Part shown: in pieces, positions 1 to 15,209 of the stretch
Layout of the letters: every line of letters begins with the position of its first letter
Position numbering within the stretch: the first letter of the stretch is position 1
Source: Eledone cirrhosa
Taxonomy: Eukaryota
Direction: 5' to 3'
NCBI GenBank assembly: GCA_964016885.1
Contig: OZ024750.1
Location: 40,796,001-40,860,000 of the forward strand
Length of the DNA stretch: 64,000 nucleotides
Notes under the pieces: generated by a model
Told to the model about the DNA's origin: nothing
The model's database searches: none
Seen by the model: only the letters and a program-made list of their open reading frames with translations
Made by a program: the position numbers and the translations under genes

Positions 1-275
1 AAAGTTGCGAGAATGGCCCGTGTGAATGGGCCTTCTCTCTACCTCAGCCTGTAGGTGGAAAAGGAAGGGAGCACCCTCTCTTTGTGCTCCCGTGGAGAAG
101 GGTCGCACATTTTTTTCGGGGGTGTGTGTGACCCCAAAACGATCCCTCCCTATTGAGGACCTTCTTGTTAAAATTTTACTTATTACATTTTTCTTACTCG
201 ATTTTTATGTAAACTCCCCCCACCCATGTACATGTCCCTTTCTTTTGTGCCCTAGTGGCAAATAAACAGAAATTT
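1..275 (+). mobile_element. Probable 3' end (ORF tail + 3'UTR) of a non-LTR retrotransposon, possibly L1/Tx1-like, running into a (TGTC)n tail
   Basis: Frame 2 reads KVARMARVNGPSLYLSL*. It is followed by stem-loops (67-91, 100-134), AATAAA at 261-266 and then TGTC repeats. The family assignment is inference only. Confidence 0.4.
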
Positions 276-3200
276 GTCTGTCTGTCTGTCCACCTACCTG
301 TCTGTCTGTCTGTCCACCTACCAGTCTGTCTTTCTGTCTGTCTGTCCACCTACCAGTCTGTCTGTCTGTCCACCTACCAGTCTGTCTGTCTGTCGGTCCA
401 CCTACCAGTCTGTCTGTCTGTCTGTCCACCTACCTGTCTGTCTGTCTGTCTGTCCACCTACCAGTCTGTCTGTCTGTCTGTCCACCTACCAGTCTGTCTG
501 TCTGTCCACCTACCAGTCTGTCTGTCCACCTACCAGTCTGTCTGTCTGTCCACCTACCAGTCTGTCTGTCCACCTACCTGTCTGTCTGTCCACCTACCAG
601 TCTGTCTGTCTGTCTGTCCACCTACCAGTCTGTCTGTCTGTCCACCTACCAGTCTGTCTGTCTGTCTGTCCACCTACCTGTCTGTCTGTCCACCTACCAG
701 TCTGTCTGTCTGTCTGTCCACCTACCAGTCTGTCTGTCTGTCCACCTACCAGTCTGTCCACCTACCAGTCTGTCTGTCTGTCTGTCCACCTACCAGTCTG
801 TCTGTCCACCTACCAGTCTGTCCACCTACCAGTCTGTCTGTCTGTCTGTCCACCTACCAGTCTGTCTGTCTGTCTGTCCACCTGCCAGTCTGTCTGTCTG
901 TCCACCTACCTGTCTGTCTGTCCACCTACCAGTCTGTCTGTCTGTCCACCTACCAGTCTGTCTGTCCACCTACCAGTCTGTCTGTCTGTCCACCTACCTG
1001 TCTGTCTGTCTGTCCACCTACCAGTCTGTCTGTCTGTCTGTCCACCTACCAGTCTGTCTGTCTGTCCACCTACCAGTCTGTCTGTCTGTCCACCTACCAG
1101 TCTGTCTGTCTGTCCACCTACCAGTCTGTCTGTCTGTCCACCTACCAGTCTGTCTGTCTGTCCACCTACCAGTCTGTCTGTCTGTCCACCTACCAGTCTG
1201 TCTGTCTGTCTGTCCACCTACCTACCTGTCTGTCTGTCCACCTACCAGTCTGTCTGTCTGTCCACCTACCAGTCTGTCTGTCTGTCCACCTACCAGTCTG
1301 TCTGTCTGTCCACCTACCAGTCTGTCTGTCTGTCCACCCACCAGTCTGTCTGTCTGTCCACCTACCAGTCTGTCTGTCTGTCCACCTACCTGTCTGTCTG
1401 TCCACCTACCAGTCTGTCTGTCTGTCCACCTACCAGTCTGTCTGTCTGTCCACATACCAGTCTGTCTGTCTGTCCACCTACCAGTCTGTCTGTCTGTCCA
1501 CCTACCAGTCTGTCTGTCCACCTACCAGTCTGTCTGTCTGTCTGTCCACCTACCAGTCTGTCTGTCTGTCCACCTACCAGTCTGTCTGTCCACCTACCAG
1601 TCTGTCTGTCTGTCTGTCCACCTACCAGTCTGTCTGTCTGTCCACCTACCAGTCTGTCTGTCTGTCCACATACCAGTCTGTCTGTCTGTCCACCTACCAG
1701 TCTGTCTGTCTGTCCACCTACCAGTCTGTCTGTCCACCTACCAGTCTGTCTGTCTGTCTGTCCACCTACCAGTCTGTCTGTCTGTCCACCTACCAGTCTG
1801 TCTGTCTGTCCACCCACCAGTCTGTCTGTCTGTCCACCTACCAGTCTGTCTGTCTGTCCACCTACCTGTCTGTCTGTCTGTCCACCTACCAGTCTGTCTG
1901 TCTGTCCACCTACCAGTCTGTCTGTCTGTCCACCTACCAGTCTGTCTGTCTGTCCACCTACCAGTCTGTCTGTCTGTCCACCTACCAGTCTGTCTGTCTG
2001 TCCACCTACCAGTCTGTCTGTCTGTCCACCTACCTGTCTGTCTGTCTGTCCACCTACCAGTCTGTCTGTCTGTCCACCTACCAGTCTGTCTGTCTGTCCA
2101 CCTACCAGTCTGTCTGTCTGTCCACCTACCAGTCTGTCTGTCTGTCCACCTACCAGTCTGTCTGTCTGTCCACCTACCAGTCTGTCTGTCTGTCCACCTA
2201 CCAGTCTGTCTGTCTGTCCACCTACCAGTCTGTCTGTCTGTCCACCTACCAGTCTGTCTGTCTGTCCACCTACCAGTCTGTCTGTCTGTCCACCTACCAG
2301 TCTGTCTGTCTGTCCACCTACCAGTCTGTCTGTCTGTCCACCTACCAGTCTGTCTGTCTGTCCACCTACCAGTCTGTCTGTCTGTCCACCTACCAGTCTG
2401 TCTGTCTGTCCACCTACCAGTCTGTCTGTCTGTCCACCTACCAGTCTGTCTGTCTGTCCACCTACCAGTCTGTCTGTCTGTCCACCTACCAGTCTGTCTG
2501 TCTGTCCACCTACCAGTCTGTCTGTCTGTCCACCTACCAGTCTGTCTGTCTGTCCACCTACCAGTCTGTCTGTCTGTCCACCTACCAGTCTGTCTGTCTG
2601 TCCACCTACCAGTCTGTCTGTCTGTCCACCTACCAGTCTGTCTGTCTGTCCACCTACCAGTCTGTCTGTCTGTCCACCTACCAGTCTGTCTGTCTGTCCA
2701 CCTACCAGTCTGTCTGTCTGTCCACCTACCAGTCTGTCTGTCTGTCTGTCCACCTACCAGTCTGTCTGTCTGTCCACCTGCCAGTCTGTCTGTCTGTCCA
2801 CCTACCAGTCTGTCTGTCTGTCCACCTACCAGTCTGTCTGTCTGTCCACCTACCAGTCTGTCTGTCTGTCCACCTACCTGTCTGTCTGTCCACCTGCCAG
2901 TCTGTCTGTCTGTCCACCTACCAGTCTGTCTGTCTGTCTGTCCACCTACCAGTCTGTCTGTCTGTCCACCTACCAGTCTGTCTGTCCACCTACCAGTCTG
3001 TCTGTCTGTCCACCTGCCAGTCTGTCTGTCTGTCCACCTACCAGTCTGTCTGTCTGTCTACCTACCAGTCTGTCTGTCTGTCCACCTACCAGTCTGTCTG
3101 TCTGTCTACCTACCAGTCTGTCTGTCTGTCCACCTACCAGTCTGTCTGTCTGTCTGTCCACCTACCAGTCTGTCTGTCTGTCTGTCCACCTACCAGTCTG

Positions 3201-5720
3201 TCTGTCTGTCCACCTACCAGTCTGTCTGTCTGTCCACCTACCAGTCTGTCTGTCTGTCCACCTACCAGTCTGTCTATCTGTCTGTCCACCTATCTGTCTG
3301 TCTGTCCACCTACCAGTCTGTCTGTCTGTCCACCTACCAGTCTGTCTGTCTGTCCACCTACCAGTCTGTCTGTCTGTCCACCTACCAGTCTGTCTGTCTG
3401 TCCACCTACCTGTCTGTCTGTCCACCTACCTGTCTGTCTGTCTGTCCACCTACCAGTCTGTCCACCTACCAGTCTGTCTGTATGTCTGTCCACCTACCAG
3501 TCTGTCTGTCTGTCTGTCCACCTACCAGTCTGTCTGTCTGTCCACCTACCTGTCTGTCTGTCCACCTACCAGTCTGTCTGTCTGTCCACCTACCAGTCTG
3601 TCTGTCTGTCCACCTACCAGTCTGTCTGTCTGTCCACCTACCAGTCTGTCTATCTGTCTGTCCACCTATCTGTCTGTCTGTCCACCTACCAGTCTGTCTG
3701 TCTGTCCACCTACCAGTCTGTCTGTCTGTCCACCTACCAGTCTGTCTGTCTGTCCACCTACCTGTCTGTCTGTCCACCTACCTGTCTGTCTGTCTGTCCA
3801 CCTACCAGTCTGTCCACCTACCAGTCTGTCTGTATGTCTGTCCACCTACCAGTCTGTCTGTCTGTCTGTCCACCTACCAGTCTGTCTGTCTGTCCACCTA
3901 CCTGTCTGTCTGTCCACCTACCAGTCTGTCTGTCTGTCCACCTACCAGTCTGTCTGTCTGTCCACCTACCAGTCTGTCTGTCTGTCCACCTACCAGTCTG
4001 TCTGTCCACCTACCAGTCTGTCTGTCTGTCCACCTACCTGTCTGTCTGTCTGTCCACCTACCAGTCTGTCTGTCTGTCTGTCTGTCCACCTACCAGTCTG
4101 TCTGTCTGTCTGTCCACCTACCAGTCTGTCTGTCTGTCTGTCCACCTACCAGTCTGTCTGTCTGTCTGTCCACCTACCTGTCTGTCTGTCTGTCCACCTA
4201 CCAGTCTGTCTGTCTGTCCACCTACCAGTCTGTCTGTCTGTCTGTCCACCTACCAGTCTGTCTGTCTGTCTGTCCACCTACCAGTCTGTCTGTCTGTCCA
4301 CCTACCAGTCTGTCTGTCTGTCTACCTACCTGTCTGTCCACCTACCAGTCTGTCTATCTGTCCACCTACCAGTCTGTCTGTCTGTCCACCTACCAGTCTG
4401 TCTGTCTGTCCACCTACCAGTCTGTCTGTCTGTCCACCTACCAGTCTGTCTGTCTGTCCACATACCAGTCTGTCTGTCTGTCTGTCCACCTACCAGTCTG
4501 TCTGTCTGTCCACCTACCTGTCTGTCTGTCTGTCCACATACCAGTCTGTCTGTCTGTCTGTCCACCTACCAGTCTGTCTGTCTGTCCACCTACCTGTCTG
4601 TCCACCTACCAGTCTGTCTGTCTGTCCACCTACCAGTCTGTCTGTCTGTCCACCTACCAGTCTGTCTGTCTGTCCACCTACCAGTCTGTCTGTCTGTCTG
4701 TCCACCTACCAGTCTGTCTGTCTGTCCACCTACCAGTCTGTCTGTCTGTCCACCTACCTCTCTGTCTGTCTGTCCACCTACCAGTCTGTCTGTCTGTCCA
4801 CCTACCTGTCTGTCTGTCTGTCCACCTACCAGTCTGTCTGTCCACCTACCAGTCTGTCTGTCTGTCCACCTACCTCTCTGTCTGTCTGTCCACCTACCAG
4901 TCTGTCTGTCTGTCCACCTACCTGTCTGTCTGTCTGTCCACCTACCAGTCTGTCTGTCCACCTACCAGTCTGTCTGTCTGTCTGTCCACCTACCAGTCTG
5001 TCTGTCTGTCCACCTACCAGTCTGTCTGTCCACCTACCAGTCTGTCTGTCTGTCCACCTACCAGTCTGTCTGTCCACCTACCAGTCTGTCTGTCTGTCCA
5101 TCTACCAGTCTGTCTGTCTGTCCACCTACCAGTCTGTCTGTCTGTCCACCTACCAGTCTGTCTGTCTGTCCACCTACCAGTCTGTCTGTCTGTCCACCTA
5201 CCAGTCTGTCTGTCTGTCCACCTACCTGTCTGTCTGTCTGTCCACCTACCAGTCTGTCTGTCTGTCCACCTACCAGTCTGTCTGTCTGTCTGTCCACCTA
5301 CCTGTCTGTCTGTCTGTCCACCTACCAGTCTGTCTGTCTGTCTGTCCACCTACCAGTCTGTCTGTCTGTCCACCTACCAGTCTGTCTGTCTGTCCACCTA
5401 CCAGTCTGTCTGTCTGTCCACCTACCTGTCTGTCTGTCTGTCCACCTACCAGTCTGTCTGTCTGTCCACCTACCAGTCTGTCTGTCTGTCTGTCCACCTA
5501 CCTGTCTGTCTGTCTGTCCACCTACCAGTCTGTCTGTCTGTCCACCTACCAGTCTGTCTGTCTGTTCACCTACCAGTCTGTCTGTCTGTCTGTCCACCTA
5601 CCAGTCTGTCTGTCTGTCCACCTGTCTGTCTGTCTGTCCACCTACCAGTCTGTCTGTCTGCCTGTCCACCTACCAGTCTGTCTGTCTGTCCACCTACCAG
5701 TCTGTCTGTCTGTCTGTCCA
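275..5720. repeat. Minisatellite, modal unit 24 bp TCCACCTACCAG(TCTG)3 with a variable TCTG count; more than 200 units
   Basis: Directly visible. Nearly homogeneous 24-bp core at about 1750-2740, more variable edges. Confidence 0.97.
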
Positions 5721-5749
5721 TCCCCTTTCTCTTCTATTTTCTCACTAAA

Positions 5750-6586
5750 TGTATGTTTTAGTGTATATATACATATGTATGTATACATATGTATATATGT
5801 GTATGTATACATATGTATGTATACATATGTATATATACATATGTATGTATATATGTGTATGTATATATGTGTATGTATACATATGTATGTATATATGTGT
5901 ATGTATACATATGTATGTATATATGTGTATGTATATATGTGTATGTATACATGTGTATGTATATATATGTGTATATATACATATGTATGTATGTATGTAT
6001 ACATGTGTATGTATATATATGTGTATGTATACATATGTATGTATGTATGTATGTATGTATATGTATACATATGTATATGTATATATGTGTATGTATATAT
6101 GTGTATGTATACATGTGTATATGTGTATGTATATATATGTATGTATACATATGTATGTATACATGTGTATGTATACATATGTATGTATATATGTGTATGT
6201 ATATATATGTATGTATACATATGTATGTATACATGTGTATGTATACATATGTATGTATACATATGTGTATGTATATATGTGTATATATAAGTATGTATAT
6301 ATGTGTATGTATTTATATGTATGTATATATGTATGTATACATATGTATGTATATATAAGTATGTATATATGTGTATGTATATATGTGTATGTATACATAT
6401 GTATGTATATATAAGTATTATATATGTGTATGTATATATGTGTATATATGTATATATGTATGTATGTGTGTATTCTTCCATTTTCATCACCCAGCCTTTC
6501 TTATCAGTAAAACCTGTTTCTACTGGCTCCCAAATTATCTGTCTTCTTCCTCTATCTCTTTCATTCTCTCTCTCCTTCTTGTTCTG

Positions 6587-6617
<31 letters not shown>

Positions 6618-7014
6618 TCTCTCACTCTCTCTCTCTGTCTCACACACACTCTCTCTCTCTCACATACTCTCTCTCTCTCACACACTCTCTCTCTCACACA
6701 CTCTCTCTCTCACACACTCTCTCTCTCACACTCTCTCTCTCACACACTCTCTCCCCTCTCATTCCCCCTCTCTCTCTTCTACTCACTCACCTCCTCTCAT
6801 TCTCCATTGCACTCCTCATCTCTCTCCCACTCCCTTACTCTTTTGTCTCTGCCCCTCTCTCTCTCCCTCTCATCACTCCCTCTCACTATGTTCCTCCCCT
6901 TCCTCCCTCCTCTCTGCTAGTTCATCTTCAACAATCCATTCCTACATGTAAACACCTCTCTCTTATTCTTCTCTCTATTCTCTGCTTTTTACTTTCTGTC
7001 CATCCTCTACTCTT

Positions 7015-7057
<43 letters not shown>

Positions 7058-7189
7058 ATATACACATATATATGTTTTTATATATACATACATTGCTCAC
7101 ACACACATATATGTATGTATATTCTTGCATGTGTGTTTACATATATGTCTTCCTCTCTGTGTGTATATATTTATGTGTCTGTGTGTATA

Positions 7190-7242
<53 letters not shown>

Positions 7243-7801
7243 ATATATATATATTATATATATATATAATATATATATATTATATATATATATTATATAT
7301 ATATATATTATATATATATATATTATATATATATTATATATATATATTATATATATATTATATATATATATTATATATATATATTATATATATATATATT
7401 ATATATATATATAATATATATATATTATATATATATATAATATATATATTATGAGATATGGATTTTTCATATACTTTTATATTAATATATTGCTAGATAA
7501 ATTTTGAGTGTATATGTATATATATATAAACATTTGTATATATAAAGTATATATAATGCATATATAAATACTTATAGAAGTATATATATATGTGTGTATT
7601 TATCTTTATATATATACACATCTGTGTCTATATATATATATATATACATATAGTGTGTGTATTTAGCATCACTACACCCACACATGCAATCTATTGGAAG
7701 CTGAACTTCACAAATTGTTGATTCTTTTTTTGTTATATGTATTAATGTTGGTTCATTTATCTATCTATTTACATATTCCTTCATCTTTCTCTCCCCCACT
7801 C

Positions 7802-7849
<48 letters not shown>

Positions 7850-7860
7850 ATTTACAGAGA
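5750..7860. repeat. Compound microsatellite cluster: (TATG/TA/TG)n, (CT/CA)n, (CA)n, (TA)n
   Basis: Directly visible low-complexity tracts. Confidence 0.95.
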
Positions 7861-8189
7861 GAGACTCATCATCATCATCATGTGTGTGTGTATGTATAGA
7901 CTATCATATATATGTATATATGCTCACACTCACACATATATATTTGAAGTCATTGATTCACTTTTGTCCAAGTTTCCAAATTTTGTGACAATCTGTTTCA
8001 TGTGACACTTGAATGCATATATAAATGTGTATCGCAGCTATTAACTACTTTTTCTCCCCCATTCTATACCCAGTTGTATATGACATGAATTTCACTCATG
8101 CCAGATCCTCAAAGTATATTCTTGTTCATACAATTGCCTACCATATTAGTACTTATCGTTTTGTTTAGAAATGGGAATAAGTGTAGATA

Positions 8190-8290
8190 TAACCATGGTT
8201 TGAAGTAGTTTGTACAACGCCCATGTCATTTTGGGTTCAGTTGTACACTGCAACACCTTTGTTGAATGTCATTTGCCATATCCTGGCAAG
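8190..8290 (+). mobile_element. Possible highly decayed tRNA-derived SINE head
   Basis: tggtttgaagtagtttg...gggttcagt...cactgcaacacctttg resembles A box/B box plus SINE body. Weak match. Confidence 0.3.
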
Positions 8291-8576
8291 AATTTACTTC
8301 TTCTTTTGAATAAACATGTGCAAGGGAGTGAAAGCAAACAAGCAAAACTTTGAGACTGCAAAATTGATTTAAAAGAAAGAAATTGTGTGATGGAGTTGAG
8401 GAAGAACTTGAAGCAGAATAAATGAGAGAATGGTAAAGGAGAACATGCTTCTTCTCAGAAAGAGAAGTACAAAAGTTAATGTTAATAGGCTGTGTGGTGA
8501 GAGTGGGGCTGGAAAGACACCATGGTAGATTATTAAAGAATAAGAGGCAGCGGTGAAAATAGTATGAATGGAATAT

Positions 8577-11500
8577 CTATTGTACTAGTGACTAGATATA
8601 CCTACAACTTGGTACTGTGGTACAATATTGTACTAGTGTTTAGATATACCTACAATCTGGTATACTACTGTGGTACAATATTGTACTAGTTTCTAGATAT
8701 ACCTACAACTTGGTATACTATTGTGGTACAATATTGTACTAGAGTCTAGATATACCTACAACTTGGTATACTATTGTGGTACAATATTGTACTAGTGTTT
8801 AGATATACCTACAACTTGGTATACTATTGTGGGACAATATTGTACTAGAGTCTAGATATACCTACAACTTGGTATACTATTGTGGTACAATATTGTACTA
8901 GTGTCTAGATATACCTACAACTTGGTATACTATTGTGGTATAATATTGTACTAGTTTCTAGATATACCTACAACTTGTTATACTATTGTGGTACAATATT
9001 GTACTAGTGTTTAGATATACCTACAACTTGGTATACTATTGTGGTACAATATTGTACTAGTTTCTAGATATACCTACAACTTGGTATACTATTGTGGTAC
9101 AATATTGTACTAGTGTCTAGATATACCTACAACTTGGTATACTATTGTGGTACAATATTGTACTAGTGACTAGATATACCTACAACTTGGTATACTATTG
9201 TGGTACAATATTGTACTAGTGTCTAGATATACCTACAACTTGGTATACTATTGTGGTACAATATGGTACTAGTGTCTAGATATACCTACAACTTGGTATA
9301 CTATTGTGGTACAATATTGTACTAGTGTCTACATATACCTACAACTTGGTACTGTGGTACAATATTGTACTAGTGTCTAGATATACCTACAACCTGGTAT
9401 ACTATTGTGGTACAATATTGTACTAGTTTCTAGATATACCTACAACTTGGTATACTACTGTGGTACAATATTGTACTAGTGTCTAGATTCACCTACAACT
9501 TGGTACTGTGGTACAATATTGTACTAGTTTCTAGATATACCTACAACTTGGTATACTACTGTGGTACAATATTGTACTAGTGACTAGATATACCTACAAC
9601 TTGGTACTGTGGTACAATATTGTACTAGTGTCTAGATATACCTACAACCTGGTATACTATTGTGGTACAATATTGTACTAGTGTCTAGATATACCTACAA
9701 CTTGGTATACTATTGTGGTACAATATTGTACTAGTGTCTACATATACCTACAACTTGGTATACTACTGTGGTACAATATTGTACTAGTGTCTAATATACC
9801 TACAACCTGGTATACTATTGTGGTACAATATTGTACTAGTGTCTAGATACACCTACAACTTGGTATACTACTGTGGTACAATATTGTACTAGTGTCTAGA
9901 TACACCTACAACTTAGTATACTACTGTGGTACAATATTGTACTAGAGTCTACATATACCTACAACTTGGTATACTACTGTGGTACAATATTGTACTAGTG
10001 TCTAGATATACCTACAACTTAGTATACTACTGTGGTACAATATTGTACTAGTGTCTAGATATACCTACAACTTAGTATACTATTGTGGTACAATATTGTA
10101 CTAGTGTCTAGATATACCTACAACTTGGTATACTATTGTGGTACAATATTGTACTAGTGTCTAGATATACCTACAACTTAGTACACTACTGTGGTACAAT
10201 ATTGTACTAGAGTCTAGATATACCTACAACTTTGTATACTACTGTGGTACAATATTGTACTAGTGTCTACATATACCTACAACTTGGTATACCACTGTGG
10301 TACAATATTGTACTAGTGTCTAGATATACCTACAACTTGGTACTGTGGTACAATATTGTACTAGTGTCTAGATATACCTACAACTTGGTATACTATTGTG
10401 GTACAATATTGTACTAGAGTCTACATATACCTACAACTTGGTATACTACTGTGGTACAATATTGTACTAGTGTCTAGATATACCTACAACTTGGTACTGT
10501 GGTACAATATTGTACTAGTGTCTAGATATACCTACAACTTGGTATACTATTGTGGTACAATATTGTACTAGAGTCTACATATACCTACAACTTGGTATAC
10601 TACTGTGGTACAATATTGTACTAGTGTCTAGATATACCTACAACTTGGTACTGTGGTACAATATTGTACTAGTGTCTAGATATACCTACAACTTGGTATA
10701 CTACTGTGGTACAATATTGTACTAGAGTCTAGATATACCTACAACTTGGTATACTATTGTGGTACAATATTGTACTAGTGTCTAGATATACCTACAACTT
10801 GGTATACTATTGTGGTACAATATTGTACTAGTGTCTAGATATACCTACAACTTGGTATACTATTGTGGTACAATATTGTACTAGTGTCTAGATATACCTA
10901 CAACTTGGTATACTACTGTGGTACAATATTGTACTAGAGTCTAGATATACCTACAACCTGGTATACTACTGTGGTACAATATTGTACTAGTGTCTAGATA
11001 TACCTACAACTTAGTATACTACTGTGGTACAATATTGTACTAGAGTCTAGATATACCTACAACTTGGTATACTACTGTGGTACAATATTGTACTAGTGTC
11101 TACATATACCTACAACTTGGTATACTACTGTGGTACAATATTGTACTAGTGTCTAGATATACCTACAACTTAGTATACTACTGTGGTACAATATTGTACT
11201 AGTGTCTAGATATACCTACAACTTAGTATACTATTGTGGTACAATATTGTACTAGTGTCTAGATATACCTACAACTTGGTATACTATTGTGGTACAATAT
11301 TGTACTAGTGTCTAGATATACCTACAACTTAGTATACTACTGTGGTACAATATTGTACTAGAGTCTAGATATACCTACAACTTGGTATACTACTGTGGTA
11401 CAATATTGTACTAGTGTCTACATATACCTACAACTTGGTATACTACTGTGGTACAATATTGTACTAGTGTCTAGATATACCTACAACTTAGTATACTATT

Positions 11501-13490
11501 GTGGTACAATATTGTACTAGTGTCTAATATACCTACAACCTGGTATACTATTGTGGTACAATATTGTACTAGTGTCTAGATACACCTACAACTTGGTATA
11601 CTACTGTGGTACAATATTGTACTAGTGTCTAGATACACCTACAACTTGGTATACTATTGTGGTACAATATTGTACTAGTGTCTAGATACACCTACAACTT
11701 GGTATACTATTGTGGTACAATATTGTACTAGTGTCTAGATACACCTACAACTTGGTATACTATTGTGGTACAATATTGTACTAGAGTCTAGATACACCTA
11801 CAACTTGGTATACTATTGTGGTACAATATTGTACTAGTGTCTAGATACACCTACAACTTGGTATACTATTGTGGTACAATATTGTACTAGTGTCTAGATA
11901 CACCTACAACTTAGTATACTATTGTGGTACAATATTGTACTAGTGTCTAGATACACCTACAACTTGGTATACTACCGTGGTACAATATTGTACTAGTGTC
12001 TAGATATACCTACAACTTGGTATACTATTGTGGTACAATATTGTACTAGTGTCTAGATATACCTACAACTTGGTACTGTAGTACAATATTGTACTAGTGT
12101 CTAGATATACCTACAACTTGGTACTGTGGTACAATATTGTACTAGTGTCTAGATATACCTACAACCTGGTATACTATTGTGGTACAATATTGTACTAGTG
12201 TCTAGATATACCTACAACCTGGTATACTATTGTGGTACAATATTGTACTAGTGTCTAGATATACCTACAACCTGGTATACTACTGTGGTACAATATTGTA
12301 CTAGTGTCTAGATATACCTACAACTTGGTACTGTGGTACAATATTGTACTAGAGTCTAGATATACCTACAACTTGGTATACTACTGTGGTACAATATTGT
12401 ACTAGTGTCTAGATATACCTACAACTTGGTACTGTGGTACAATATTGTACTAGTGTCTAGATATACCTACAACTTGGTACTGTGGTACAATATTGTACTA
12501 GTGTCTAGATATACCTACAACCTGGTATACTACTGTGGTACAATATTGTACTAGAGTCTAGATATACCTACAACTTGGTATACTATTGTGGTACAATATT
12601 GTACTAGTGTCTAGATATACCTACAACTTGGTACTGTGGTACAATATTGTACTAGTGTCTAGATATACCTACAACTTGGTATACTACTGTGGTACAATAT
12701 TGTACTAGAGTCTAGATATACCTACAACTTGGTATACTATTGTGGTACAATATTGTACTAGTGTCTAGATATACCTACAACTTGGTATACTATTGTGGTA
12801 CAATATTGTACTAGTGTCTAGATATACCTACAACTTGGTATACTATTGTGGTACAATATTGTACTAGTGTCTAGATATACCTACAACTTGGTATACTACT
12901 GTGGTACAATATTGTACTAGAGTCTAGATATACCTACAACCTGGTATACTACTGTGGTACAATATTGTACTAGTGTCTAGATATACCTACAACTTAGTAT
13001 ACGACTGTGGTACAATATTGTACTAGTGTCTAGATATACCTACAACTTAGTATACTATTGTGGTACAATATTGTACTAGTGTCTAGATATACCTACAACT
13101 TGGTATACTATTGTGGTACAATATTGTACTAGTGTCTAGATATACCTACAACTTAGTATACTACTGTGGTACAATATTGTACTAGAGTCTAGATATACCT
13201 ACAACTTGGTATACTACTGTGGTACAATATTGTACTAGTGTCTACATATACCTACAACTTGGTATACTACTGTGGTACAATATTGTACTAGTGTCTAGAT
13301 ATACCTACAACTTAGTATACTATTGTGGTACAATATTGTACTAGTGTCTAGATATACCTACAACTTAGTATACTACTGTGGTACAATATTGTACTAGTGT
13401 CTAGATATACCTACAACTTGGTACTGTAGTACAGTACTGTGCTAGTGTCTAGATATACCGACAACTTGGTATACTATTGTGGTACAATAT
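8577..13490. repeat. 53-bp minisatellite (TATTGTACTAGTGTCTAGATATACCTACAACTTGGTATACTATTGTGGTACAA), about 90-95 units, with a 46-bp deletion variant
   Basis: Directly visible tandem units with no unique spacers. Confidence 0.97.
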
Positions 13491-15151
13491 CTATTATTAA
13501 TTAGTCACTGTGACATGCTGTTGGTTTCTTCATCTTGTTCTTCATTTGTAGAAGAAAATCTAAAATGTTTTCTCTTCTTAGTCAAAGTTTTACTACTGCC
13601 ATCTTGTATTTGGACATTCACTCTACCCCTTACTCACTCTATATCTCTCTATCCTTTGCTCTCTCTCTATTTTAAAATATATCTTTGTGAATAAAACAAT
13701 AGTGTGATTATTTGAAAATCTATCCATTCCAGTATCCATAAATGTTAGATATAATGTCAATTTCTTTTCATCAAAAAATTTATCCTAAACTCATATATAT
13801 ATATATAGGATAAAGAATGTATTTAAATGTACTATAATTAAGTAATGAAAAGATTACCAAAATATAAATTTCTTATGGTATGGGTACACTACATAAAGGC
13901 ATTTGTGTAGTGTTTTTTTTAACTTTATCTAATTTTTATATTATGTCTATTTTAGAAAAAAAAAATTATTCTCCAATTTTTATGTTTTGAAAGATTCAAA
14001 ATTGGAAAAATATTTTAATTTAGGAGAATATTTTTATTTATTTATATTTTCTTTTAATCTAAAAATTATTAGGATTAGGGTATTTACAGATACAGCTTCC
14101 CAGCTCCCTTACCTCTACTTTTTTTGTATTTCATTTGTATTTAAAAGCATTGGTTGTTCCACGCACTGTAAACTTAAAATATTGTTGTTTCAATTTCAGT
14201 TTATTAAGGATAAAAATCTAAATTATAAATGTAAACAAAATATATTTATACACATCAAATGAAATAATATTTAGATTGTTTTATCTAGTTTCAGTCATTA
14301 GACCGTGGTCTTAATATCCCCCACACCCTTAAAATAGTACTGCAGCTGTTAATCCACTAACCCTAATCAGTTTCTCATGAAAAAAAAAAGGGACATTTAA
14401 AAAAAAAAAAATTTTATTTTTATTTTTTATTATTTTTATTGACTTTGAAATTCTGATGTTCAAAACATAAAACTTTGAAAGCTGCTTTCTAAAAAACACA
14501 ACAAAAGTCATAATAATAATGATGAGGATAATAATAGTAATAATAGTAATGAAGTTAGATGTGAGAAATCTATGCTAAAACAAATAAGTGCCAACATACA
14601 TACATACATATAAACATTTGTATACACATATACACATTTGTATACACATGCACTCATACACAGTGAAACAGTTATTGGCCTATTGAAAACCTATATACAG
14701 CTCTGTTATTGTTCATAAAAAAGCCTGATGTAAGAAAAAATAAATATATGGATGAAACTAACTGGGTGGTGGTGGTATATTCTTTGATGTAAGCTCAAAC
14801 CATTCTTCCAAATGCCTGAGGAGGCAGTTTTTTGTATTTCTTTGTTTCTTTCATTATTCAATGTTATGGGGAGGGGGGGGGGGGGCTTTTGTCAAGTCCA
14901 ATGCCAGCCAGGTAGGATATCACAGATTTCATGTAAGAATTTATGTAATATTTGTGTTTGCATAATAAATTTCATGCTGAAATAAACCCCATCATTTTTT
15001 ACAGGTACTACTGTAATGCGTGTATGTATATGTTTGTATGTATGTGGACTGAGTTTACCCATTGACAAGCCTTTCATATAAAGGTACCTATGGACAGCAT
15101 TCGATTGGTGTAGACTTGTATGTTAAGGTAATCTGTGGTCTTAGTTAGATA

Positions 15152-15204
<53 letters not shown>

Positions 15205-15209
<5 letters not shown>

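Noticed and set aside
255-6290. 2011-aa, 1824-aa and overlapping ORFs
   Set aside because: Stop-free translation of the TCTG minisatellite. All three plus frames give the same peptide repeats.
8577-13490. CRISPR-like appearance of the palindromic 53-bp array (also the 61-, 79- and 26-bp arrays)
   Set aside because: Units are contiguous with no unique spacers, there are no cas genes, and the context is eukaryotic.
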